Both the position numbers and the translations under genes were made by a program. DNA of 64,000 nucleotides from Octopus vulgaris (taxonomy: Eukaryota), in contig OX597822.1 of the NCBI GenBank assembly GCA_951406725.2, positions 42,036,001 through 42,100,000 of the forward strand. Reading direction: 5' to 3'. Shown here piece after piece: positions 28,401 through 38,384 of the stretch. Below the pieces are notes generated by a model. That model was not told where the DNA came from. It saw only the letters and a list, made by a program, of their open reading frames with translations, and did not search any database. Each line of letters begins with the position of its first letter. Positions within the stretch are counted from its first letter, which is position 1.

Positions 28401-31400
28401 GCACTTGTCCTTGCTTCTTTCACTTAACAGTTTGTTTATATTAAAGAACAAACCCAAAACAAAAAGTAATCTGAACAATTTGACCTTCATCAATTGTTGC
28501 TGTGGTGGTAGTGGTGGGGGGGGGGGGGGGGGGCAGAGGTAGTTGCTGTACTGCTGAATGGTTGAGGCAACCTTGATAATCTACAACTATTGACACAGTG
28601 AGGGGTAACATTGTAAATAATTACATGTATATTGTTGCCAGATGTACAACTGTTATCGCTTTATATTAACATAGACTATCGTAGTATTGCTGGCATTTAG
28701 AACGTGTGTATTACAGTTAGACATACTTCGTAATAAATTCTGTAGAAAAAAGATTGGTAACTAGAGTTATGGAATTTACTTAATCTGTTTTTATTGGCAA
28801 AGATCTTATAGTAACACACATGCACACACATATATAAAATGTTGAATGTATATGAGTGTGTAACTGTTTGTCTGTCCGTGTTGGTCCATATAATATCTTA
28901 AATCAACTTCTTCATTACTGCATTCTTCAGTTTCCAGAATATTAAAAAAAAAATTGCCTAATTGAAATTTAAGTTACAGAATGCTAAACAGGCATTTGGG
29001 GCTGTTTTAAAAATATTAAGGGTGCACAAGTCCAGAGATAAATAAATTGCCTAAATTAGTTGGATATATGTATTATTTAACACTTGATAAGCCAAGGAAG
29101 GGACATCTACATGATAGTTCAATCTGTTAGAAATAGCAGCCAATTCTACCTTAACTCACCACATCCCACCACTTTAAAAGAAAATGTTGTCATAGGTGAG
29201 ATGGACATGATTGGAATCACATTGATCTGTTAAATTAGGATTGGTCTGAGTCTAAACAATAACTAAATTGTTGTTATTTACCTACATTTGAGTTAAGTTG
29301 TAATCAGCAGCAGTTGAAGGACAGCTTTATCTTTACAATGAATCCTCCATGAAACAAAGGTTAATTAGTTCAATTCTGTCCTTCACTGATAAACATAACC
29401 AACCTGGTATCCAACAATCAAACACAAAATGAATCAAACCAAATATTGTAAAAGATGGTGTTTACTCTTTGACCCTTTAACATTTTAATCAGCCATATCT
29501 GGCTCAAATATTCTACCAGTTTTGTTTAAACTATCCAGATCCAGCCTTTTACACCTGTTTTACAATGTCATTCTAAAAATATATACAATCACATCATCTG
29601 ATCAAAATCTTGAAGTTATGAGATAATGCATGATTAATTCAAAACAATGTGAATAAATAAGCATTACGTTTGATTGAATAATCTGAATGCTTAAAGGTTA
29701 AAAACTTTTTTTTCCTTCAGACTTTTAACATTTCTAGAATGATTTGAAATCTCTTCTAACTAGGTCTTCACTGTTACAGGGCATTAAGGTGGTGAGCTTG
29801 TGGAATCATTAGTGTGCCAGGCAAAATGCTTCGTGACTTTTTGTTTGTCTTGATGTTCTGAGTTCAAATTCCACCAAAGTCAGTTTTGTCTTTCATTCTT
29901 TTGGGGTCGATAAAATAAGTACCAGCTGAGCACTGGTGTCAATGTATTCAACTTACCCTCACTCCCACCAAATTGCTGATCTTGTGCCAAAATTTGAGAT
30001 TAATTCTATGGGACATTCCCCCCATATGATATCTAGTTGTTCAATTTATTGTTGGTGGAGAATAGACTCAGTACTTGTATTGATCAGCTACAAATAGTTT
30101 TTGTGTGCACTAATGTTATCAATAAATTCTTGTTTCCCCTGTCTACATGGTGCTGTATTTTTCAGAAGATGGTACAAAGTCAAAGAGTTGGAAAGAAAAG
30201 ATTCGTTTTAAAAACAAGGGAAATAGCCAACCACCGGCCCCTGAAGAAGCAACTGGTTCTTTTGGAGTCCATCTCGAGCTGTGTACCCCTTCTCCCTATA
30301 AGGAAGTGAGTAGACACTTGTTTTTAGAGTTTGTTTTCTTTAATCATATCGCAAGACCATCATCACAAAACTATCATCATATTACCTTCATAATATATTA
30401 CCACAACTACTGCCACCATCGCTATCATCATCACCACCACAATCACCACCTCCATCGCCACTACATACACCATCACTACTACCACTACTATCACATTTCT
30501 AACTTAACCTTTTAGCATTTAACCTAGCCATATCTGGACAATTTTTTTATGTTTATACCAGCTAGATCCAGCCTCTCACATCTAGCCTACAATGTCATTC
30601 TAAAAAATGCAATCACATAATCAAAATCTCAAAGCTATAAGATAATGCATAATTAATTCAAAATAATGTGAATAAAAAAGTATTATATTATAATTTGACT
30701 GAGTAATTATTCTGAATACAAAAGGGTTAAATTATTAAATGTTACCAAAATACATTTAAGAAATGTTCAAATTATAAAGTTTTAGTTTCACCAAATCCAT
30801 TTTTGTTTTCTCTCTTTTCTATACTGTCCTCTATTACTTCAGTATTGACCCCCTTTTTTTCTGTTTTTCTCCTCCCTAGTCTATCCCCTTCGTTATTGAT
30901 CTCTGCACCAGTATTGTTGAAACACGAGGACTGAAGGTTATTGGTGTTTACAGAATTCCTGGCAACAAGTTGGTTATTTCTAACATGCAAGAGGAATTCA
31001 ACAAGGTTTGTACTTTTTACTAACACACACACACATGCATTTGTTGTCACATAATTCCAGATCAGCCCTGATTTTAGAGACCTGTGATGAAAGTGATTCT
31101 AATTATGACCATCCATCCTGTTATATATAAGAAACAACATTGCTCAAATGTAGCATCTTTAACATGGTAGAGTAGGATAGTGGGAGAGCTGACTGCTATT
31201 TCTAACAGCTCAAGTGATTCCTGGGTGGCATTTGAACTCAGGGTCAATAAAATAAAGTACCAGTCGATGTAATTGAGTTACTCCCTCCCCCAAAATTGCT
31301 AGCCTTGTGCTAAAATTCGAAACCCTTATTACAGCAGAGAGCTGTGAGAATTGTTAGCATGCTTGACAAAATGCTTTGTGGCATTTCTTCCAACCTTACA

Positions 31401-34050
31401 TTATGAGTTCAAATTCCTGCAAGGTCATCTTTGCCTTTTGTCATTTCAAATAAAATAAGTACCAGTTGACGTGATTTACCCCCTACCCCAAAAATTTCAG
31501 ACTTTGTGCCTATAGTGGAAAAGATTATTATTACTATTACCATTATTATAATTATTGCCTTTGACATGTTGAGTTTTGTGTGGAGTACTACAAATTACCC
31601 TGGGTGATGGTTTCTCCCCATAACCTGAGGTCATGTTGATATATCATTGTTTTTGTAAATTTTTGTGTCCTTTTTATTTGATCTACCTTTTTTAACCTTC
31701 TACTATAATCCAACATTGTGGCCCTTTCTTAACAACAGAATTCATTATTCATTTTGCAAATGTTGACACCCCATCTTGTACCCAACAGAGCCTGTCTGCT
31801 TCTGTAAAGGGCCACAATAAATCCTCACCTCACTGTTATTTGTTATCTCTTCTTCACTACAGGGTCTAGAATACATCAACCAAGAAAACGAAAAATGGCA
31901 AGATGTGAATGTAATCAGTAGTTTGTTAAAGTCTTTCTTCCAGAAACTTCCAGAACCATTAGTTACCAATGGTGAGTAAGCATTGCTATATATGTGTGTT
32001 TTTTTGTAGGTTCCCTCTTCTGAAATCACTTGCTACTTCTTTATTAAACTATTACTCTTTTCAGAAAACCAAATCAAACACTTATACCCAGTTTTTTCTT
32101 TTAGTCTAATATCATACATCCAGTAGATTATATTCACCTTATTTTATACCTCAGTCTTAGAAATTGGTTGCACATTTGGGAAACTGTAGAGTCTTTAGAT
32201 TAGACTATATATATATATATATATATATGAATACTGAATGATTTCCAAATCACTCTGTATATATATGTATGTGCAAACACACATACACACACATATTGCA
32301 TCTATCTCTAGACATTGTAAAATACCTCACACATCATTTTCATAATCAAGTTAAAGGTTGTAGATGTTCACAGAACAGCAATCTTTTATTGATCTCAATA
32401 CCACTAAACACAGCATCAGTGCACCCTTTGAAGAATCTTTTGAAGCATTTTGATGTTTTTAGACTACAGTGTTTAATTTAGATGATGGCTGGGTATTTTA
32501 CAAGTTAATGTTATTCCTACCACTAACTATTTATTTAATGTAACATGAGAAGGGGAGAGAAAGACTCAGAGAAAGAGAGGTAGAGTCTTTACAAGTCTCC
32601 TTTGCTGAACTGAAATTTACCAGACTGAGTATATTTATTGTGTCCACCATTGGAGTTTAAGCCCCAGGTATAGAAATATTATCCACCTCAGGCTGATATG
32701 AGCTGACCTCACAGACACTGTACACCTCCACAGTATGGCCTGGCTTTCCTTTGGTTATGAGGTGTTCCAGTTAATTCAATCAATGGAACAACATGATCAT
32801 GAAATTGATGTGCAAGTGGTTGAGCACTCCACAGACATGTGTACCCTTAATGTAGTTGGGGAGATTCAGCATGACACAGAATGTGACAAGGCTGGCCCTT
32901 TAAACTGCAGATACAACTCATTTTTGCCAGCTGAGTGAACTGGAGCAATGAGAAATAAAGTGCCTTGCCCAAGGACACAAGTGCCACTGGGAATCAAACT
33001 TACAACCTTGTGATTGTAAGCTGAATCGCCTAACCACTAAGCCATGTGCCTTCCATTCACAGTATAACATTCTACTGTAATTACATTGTACACAGCACAG
33101 GGTACATCATGTACGCTTCTATTATGTCATCATCTTAATGTATGTCACTCCATTATCTGCAGCTTATGCATACCACTATATCATCATTTGTTACAGAGTT
33201 ATACCAGAGCTTTATCACTGCTAACCAGATAGAAAATCCACAGAAAAGGATGCTGACATTGAAGAAGGTTATTCATCAGTTGCCAGATGTCCACTTTGAA
33301 ACATTTCGTCATTTGGCGCTTCATTTACGCAAAGTAGCTGACCACAGCTATATCAACAAGGTAAGGACAGCCTCCAAGTGTTGTGACTCCAAGTATAGAC
33401 ATTGCCCTGTTGGTGTGACTGTAAATATAGACCTTGTCTATTGGCATGACTAACTATAGACATCGTCTATTGGTGTAACTAATTATATTGTTCTATTAGT
33501 GTGACTGTAAGTATAGACATTATCCTGGTGATGTGACTATAAATGTTGTAAGCATGTGTGTCTGTGTGTGTATGTTCATATATCTCTACTATATATATTC
33601 CTGTTTCAGATGTGTGCCCGAAACCTGGCCATAGTTCTTGGTCCAACTTTAGTGCGCCGCCATGATGAAGACGTACAAGCAATGGCCATTGACATGTCTC
33701 ATCAATGTCGTATTATTGAGAGTGTCATTCTTCATGTAAGTAATATATTCTTTAATAACTTCTACCAACATCAAACCCGGCTTTTTCATTCTTAGCCCCT
33801 GAATTCAAAATGTCTATTGTGTGAACTTTTTACTATTCTGAATATTGAATGTCTGATCTGACAACCTTCTTTTAACTTGATGGCTTTCATGTTATTCATC
33901 TTATGGGTTGATATCTGTCATGTTAACCTTGTTATAGCATAGTGTCTGTTCTATTAACCTATCATTGCCAGTCTAGCTCTTTCTCATATTTTATTATTTG
34001 TTCATTGTAATACCTAAGATGAGCTGTTAAAATTATAATTCTCTCTCTCA

Positions 34051-34083
<33 letters not shown>

Positions 34084-34634
34084 CATACACACACACCACA
34101 CATGCATACACACATATATACATATATCTACATATTAGCTATATATATATATATATACATATATACACCACACACACACATATACATACATATATATATT
34201 TATTCATACACACATATGAATACAGTGTGTGTGTGTATAACTCATACTGACATGCACATGTATGTAAATGTGTGTGTATTTATATATGCATACTCACACA
34301 CGACTCATTTATATATACACATACACATTCCATGTAGGTAATTTTTGTAATAATTCCATTCATCCACATATGACTACTTTCATACATTCTATATAGACAT
34401 ATATTCATGTGTATGTGAATATGTATGCATATATACCTCAAACAAACCCATACATATGCATGCACACATATACTCAAATATGTCTATCTATCTATCTATC
34501 TATCTATATATATATATATATATATTAGGCAATGAACAAAAAAGAAAACACCATGTTTGTATAAGCTTAATGTTTAAAAGAAAGAGTTTTGATATTTTGA
34601 ACACTAATCCTTCATGAGAGAGATTAAAATATTG

Positions 34635-34677
<43 letters not shown>

Positions 34678-37600
34678 TACATATACAGTTTTTTTTTATT
34701 TGATGTTTTCAGCCCGATTGGTTCTTCAGTTCATGGGATGTCGACAATCATGTTCCTGTGGATGAGAATGGAGCTGCTGAGGTTCCTACAGGAACGGTCA
34801 GTCCTATGGCACAAGCATCCACTCCTGATGATGATCTTGGTAAGTGATCACACACACTCATACACAGGTTTACTAACACATACATACACAAGCGATGGAT
34901 ATTTCCCTTATTTTGGGTTTCCCTTTTCACAGGTTTGGTCAAGTATTTGGGTAACCCTCTTTTTCTGGATATTCAGTCAGCTTTCTTTCATTACCAGCAA
35001 ATTAGCAATTTTACTGATACATCACATATCTAACATTAGCATTCATAATTTCACATTTAAATATTAATAGATAAAACTGAATTATTTTTAAAATAACCTT
35101 GTTTCAACAAATTTTGCCTTTTACCCACACACTCCTTCTGGGCGGTGGAAGGGGGCTTCATTCAATAAATACCTATTATGTCTTAGGGTCAAATGAAATC
35201 AATTATTCTTGCCCTTTCTCAGACTTTGTTATTCTAATATTACATATCAAGATGGTGAGCTGGCAGAATTGTTAGCATGCTGGACAAAATGCTTAGTAGC
35301 TGAGTTCAAATTCCTCTGAGGTCAACGTTGCCTTTTATCTTTTTGAGGTCATTGAAACAAGTTGAAATAAGTGCCAGTTCTGCACCAGGGTTGATGTAAT
35401 TGACTAGCCCTACTATCAAAAAAAAATGTCTGTACCTGGTGCCTATAATGGAAAGGATTTTTATTAGTATTGCCAGCAGAATTGTTAGAGTATCAGAAAA
35501 ACACTCTGCTATACTTCTTCCAGCTCCTTATTAGATTCTGAGTTCAAATCCTGTCAAAGTTAACTTTTCCTTCCATCCTTCTGAAAGTGATAAAATTAAG
35601 TATAAGTGAAGTACTGGGGTTGATTGTTTAAAATCTTATTCTTTCCCCTCTAAATTTGAGGCCTTTTGCCTATATTATTATCGTTGTTTTTGTTAAAGTG
35701 TAAGAGAGGATGGGGTGAAGATTATTTCTTGCAGAAACAGTAAATTGTTGACTTGTAGAGCATTAAATTATACCCTTACATTCTGGGTCTGAATTCTGCC
35801 AAGATTTTCTTGGTGCTACTTTGGTGTGCAATCTACAACTTCAAGGGTGATTACTTTAGGTTAATTTTTCTGTTTCTTTACGTTGTAAAATTCACAGCTA
35901 CCAAACTGTGAGCTACAAGCTTATCTTAATTATTATATTGTTTTTCTTGTTTTGTTTTTTTATTAATTATTTACTAAGACATAAATGAAATATGGTTTGA
36001 TTATTAAAATAGTAAGAATTCTGAAAAAATACATTTACAATGCTAAGAATGTACAAAAGAATTTATTGTAAAAAATCTTGAGCCAACATCTTAAGTGTTT
36101 TTAGAAATTGAAAAATAAACTAAAAAGTAACCTAAAGTAATCTCCCTTTAAGTTGTGGATCACATGCCAAAGTAACACTATTTTCTTTATCTTTCCACTC
36201 CCTGTAGCAGATATAATTGATTGCAGCCCCTCCCTTCAGATGTATAACCTTGTGCCTATGTAATTATGTTCGTTTTATATGTTTACAAAATATATTTTTG
36301 TCATTTCAGATGAATCTGAAGAAACAAATCCGTTGGAAATAGTTGCTGATATGATTGCTGCTGCCAAGAATAAGAATCATATCAAGAAAACCAAAGGTCT
36401 TGATGAAACAGATTCAACACCACCTGGTCCCAAATATGAAGAACGCAATATTGATGCAGAGATTGCTAAATTTCATTCTAACAAAGCTCTGGCTAACTCA
36501 ATGGAACTACAGTCTGATGGTTCTCAAAGCCAACTGGATACTATTTCTTACAGTAGTCGTCTCACCAGTGAACATAAGGCATCTGTGTCTTCCTTGTCTA
36601 TAGGCTTCGATGATTACACTGATTCTGAAGTGTTCTCCAAGTCTTCAAACCCTCATCTTGCTCGTCAGTTCTCAGACGAATCCCTATTGGAGAAAAGTGA
36701 TGAACTGGAATTCTCATATGGTCTCCAGAAAACTTTCAGCCACAGCCTCGAATCAAATCTTCAGAGTAAACAGGAATTTCTCAAGAAAGTTCAGGAACAA
36801 CATAAAAGAGAATGTGAAGTGAGAGAAAAAGAGTCAAAGAAATTTGACCAGGAATATCTGCGTACTAAGCATGAGATGGAGTTGGAAGATAAACATAGTC
36901 TTGAAGAATTATTAAATCCAAGAAAGATATGGTACTCTACTAACTACCCTTACAATGCTGTGTATGCCAAGCCTTATGATTCATTAGACTCTTATCAATT
37001 ACAGGGCAAGAGCTGGTCAACTTCTAAAGCAATTGAACCAGTTAGTGGTGGAAAGTATTTTGTTAGTGTTGGAAACAGCAAGATCTCTGACAGAACATCA
37101 TACCTCAATACAGGATTTGATAATGCAAAGAGGTCAAATTCTCTTGAGACAATTATTGACACGGGTCAAGTTTGGCCATCTCCATTGTCAATAGTTGCTC
37201 GTAAGACACAAGACAGAGAGCTAAGTCCACAAAATGATTCTGACTTGGGCCTTACACGGAGAAATAGCTTACGGAGAGGTTCTCTAGATTCAATGATAGA
37301 CTTTTATGATAAGAAAGAGAATCGTTTGTCCTGGGCTTCAACTGATTCTGAAGATGGTTCTGACCTATTAACAAGCTTAACCTCAACGTTTGATCAGAAA
37401 CTGCAGATCCTATTAAATCCTAAATATAAATTAAATGGTAGTTCCAGACCACGGCCTCCATCTAACATAGGTGTGTCACCGTATTCAGCTATGAAAAACA
37501 ATGAAATTGTCCCTTCGAACAGCAATGTTTATGACTGTACCAGTGAGAGTCTTGAGTTGGCCCAGGCCGAGAGTACACGTATGTTGAACCTTGGTTTGGC

Positions 37601-38384
37601 ATATAGTAGACAGGCAAAAAAGAATACAGATGTCTTTGATAGTTTCCGTGACCCCAGTTTACATCGTTCTCAGAAACCAGAGACAAAAATAGGTATTGCT
37701 TCTCGTTTCACACGCAGTAACTCCAGTCCGACTGCACATGTTTTGGGTGAGCGGGCAATAATAACGCATGGTGCTGCACCAATAGCTGCCAGTCATTTAG
37801 CATCATCTTCGGAACTGGTCCAACGACGTAGCAATGGTGGTGGACTTTGTACTGAGTATATAGACTCTAAACTTTCTAATTTAGGTAAAATATATTCTTT
37901 GTCCCCTTCAGCAAGTTCTTCACCTCCAAAAGATTGCCATTCAAAAAAAAACTTAAAGTCATCTTGTAACAAAAATAACTGTTTCAATGGTGGCTACAGA
38001 TCTGAAAATACACGAAAAAACTTTAGAGATTCTGCTAGTGGTCAACAGTTGTGGACACCACGGTCTACAGTAATGGCCAAAGTGAACACAGCTGCGAAAC
38101 CTCGATCCAATTCCCCACCCCCTTTAGCGAGGAGGAAAGTACGAGGCAAGCGACGACACACGGTTGGGGGTAGTGAACATTATAACGCACTGGTATTGCT
38201 ATTACAGCGCAAGGATGACCCCAGTCGTGCTATTTTAAAAGAAGCATTTCAACCCACCCCTAAAATCAAAGAGGTTCATGACTATTCTCCACTGGCCTGG
38301 TTACAGGCCTACAGTCTTCAGACCGGTTCATCAGATTCGTCTTTCTCTGCTCAACCAGCTATTGAGCAAACTTTAAGGAAATAA
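16667..38384 (+). CDS. ARHGAP21/23-like: ARHGAP21/23-like Rho GTPase-activating protein (PH + RhoGAP), 5'-incomplete. Exons: 16667-16774, 18115-18250, 19302-19380, 20305-20430, 22745-22837, 25159-25356, 27507-27642, 30166-30305, 30880-31005, 31863-31971, 33197-33360, 33610-33735, 34713-34839, 36310-38384
   Basis: All 14 exons have AG/GT boundaries and compatible phases (1,1,2,0,0,0,0,1,0,0,1,0,0,1), giving one open frame of ~1,246 aa. Motifs: PH (KEGCL...RSWK...[16 protein letters not shown]...EFLFQAED...WIQAL), RhoGAP ([14 protein letters not shown], [16 protein letters not shown], [18 protein letters not shown]) and a family-typical C-terminal RRHTVGG. Confidence 0.92.
18115..18250 (+). CDS. 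RhoGAP gene exon containing RRTSYLMAT
   Basis: ctgcag|ATTTG...AAACT|gtaagt; encodes [26 protein letters not shown].. Confidence 0.85.
18536..18716 (-). mobile_element. SINE family C 3' part (Meta-domain-like, (ATG)n tail); also 21330-21580 +, 25528-25810 +, 39804-39956 +, 44520-44760 +
   Basis: GGTTGGCGTTAGGAAGGGCATCCAGC motif plus CCAACCCATGCTAGCATGGAAAG...TTAAATGATGATG tail. Confidence 0.8.
18883..19045. repeat. Long intronic inverted repeat (80-bp arms, 3-nt loop) abutting (TA)n
   Basis: Perfect 24-bp inner stem TATGCCTTTAATTTAATTAGATAA/complement and perfect 29-bp outer stem, with a few mismatches between them. Confidence 0.95.
19302..19380 (+). CDS. RhoGAP gene exon, 79 nt, phase 2-0
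   Basis: ttgcag|ATCC...GAAAAA|gtaagt; restores frame between neighbouring exons. Confidence 0.8.
20305..25356 (+). CDS. PH-domain exons (20305-20430, 22745-22837, 25159-25356)
   Basis: Encodes [15 protein letters not shown] / [21 protein letters not shown] / [46 protein letters not shown]; canonical splice sites. Confidence 0.92.
22118..22516 (+). mobile_element. Full-length tRNA-derived SINE family A (other pieces: 23825-24205, 42955-43113, 43705-43850, 44905-45255, 55455-55600, 60233-60392, 60985-61150)
   Basis: A-box-like TGGCTGTGTGG, B-box-like GGTTCAGTCCC, CCTTGGGCAAGTGTCTT core, and AAGGCGGTGCTCCAGCATGG...GACTGAAACAAGTAAAAGAG tail. Confidence 0.85.
25812..26100. mobile_element. Probable hAT-type MITE
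   Basis: Degenerate termini CAGTGGCAAACTGG ... CCAGTCCGCC with internal GGGCCC motifs. Confidence 0.5.
26975..27208 (-). mobile_element. Full-length SINE family B (Nin/Deu-domain-like); + copies at 29787-30000, 31235-31527, 35249-35690, 39087-39285, 56067-56258
   Basis: Reverse complement reads GGTGGCAAGCTGGCAGAA...GTTCAAATTC...GCCTTTCATCGTTTTGGGGTCGATAAATTAAGTACCAG...GTCTGTCCTTGTTTGTCCCCTCT. Confidence 0.85.
27871..28199. mobile_element. hAT (Charlie-like) MITE
   Basis: TIRs CAGGGGTTCTCAACC ... GGTTGAGAACCACTG. Confidence 0.8.
30166..34839 (+). CDS. RhoGAP-domain exons (30166-30305, 30880-31005, 31863-31971, 33197-33360, 33610-33735, 34713-34839)
   Basis: Encodes [10 protein letters not shown] / [28 protein letters not shown] (arginine finger intact) / [22 protein letters not shown] / [21 protein letters not shown] / [16 protein letters not shown] / DWFF. 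Confidence 0.95.
32690..33053 (-). mobile_element. tRNA-derived SINE family D
   Basis: Minus strand: TGGCTTAGTGG A-box, GTTTGATTCCC B-box, GTGTCCTTGGGCAAGGCACTT core, CCAGTTCACTCAGCTG. Confidence 0.75.
33390..33545. repeat. ~30-bp degenerate tandem repeat, 5 copies
   Basis: AA(G/A/C)TATAGACATTG..T(G/A)TTGGTGTGACT units just downstream of a splice donor. Confidence 0.8.
36310..38384 (+). CDS. Terminal 2.07-kb coding exon of the RhoGAP gene (Ser-rich, coiled-coil-like stretch, RRHTVGG)
   Basis: tttcag|AT GAA, in phase 1 with exon 34713-34839; ~690-codon open frame ending in TAA. Confidence 0.92.

Noticed and set aside
30306-30515. His-rich extension of ORF 30147-30515
   Set aside because: Intronic (CAT/CAC)n microsatellite after a canonical GTGAGT donor
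36279-36309. Stand-alone 701-aa gene starting at ATG 36279
   Set aside because: The ATG is intronic; the frame is the terminal exon spliced in phase at 36310
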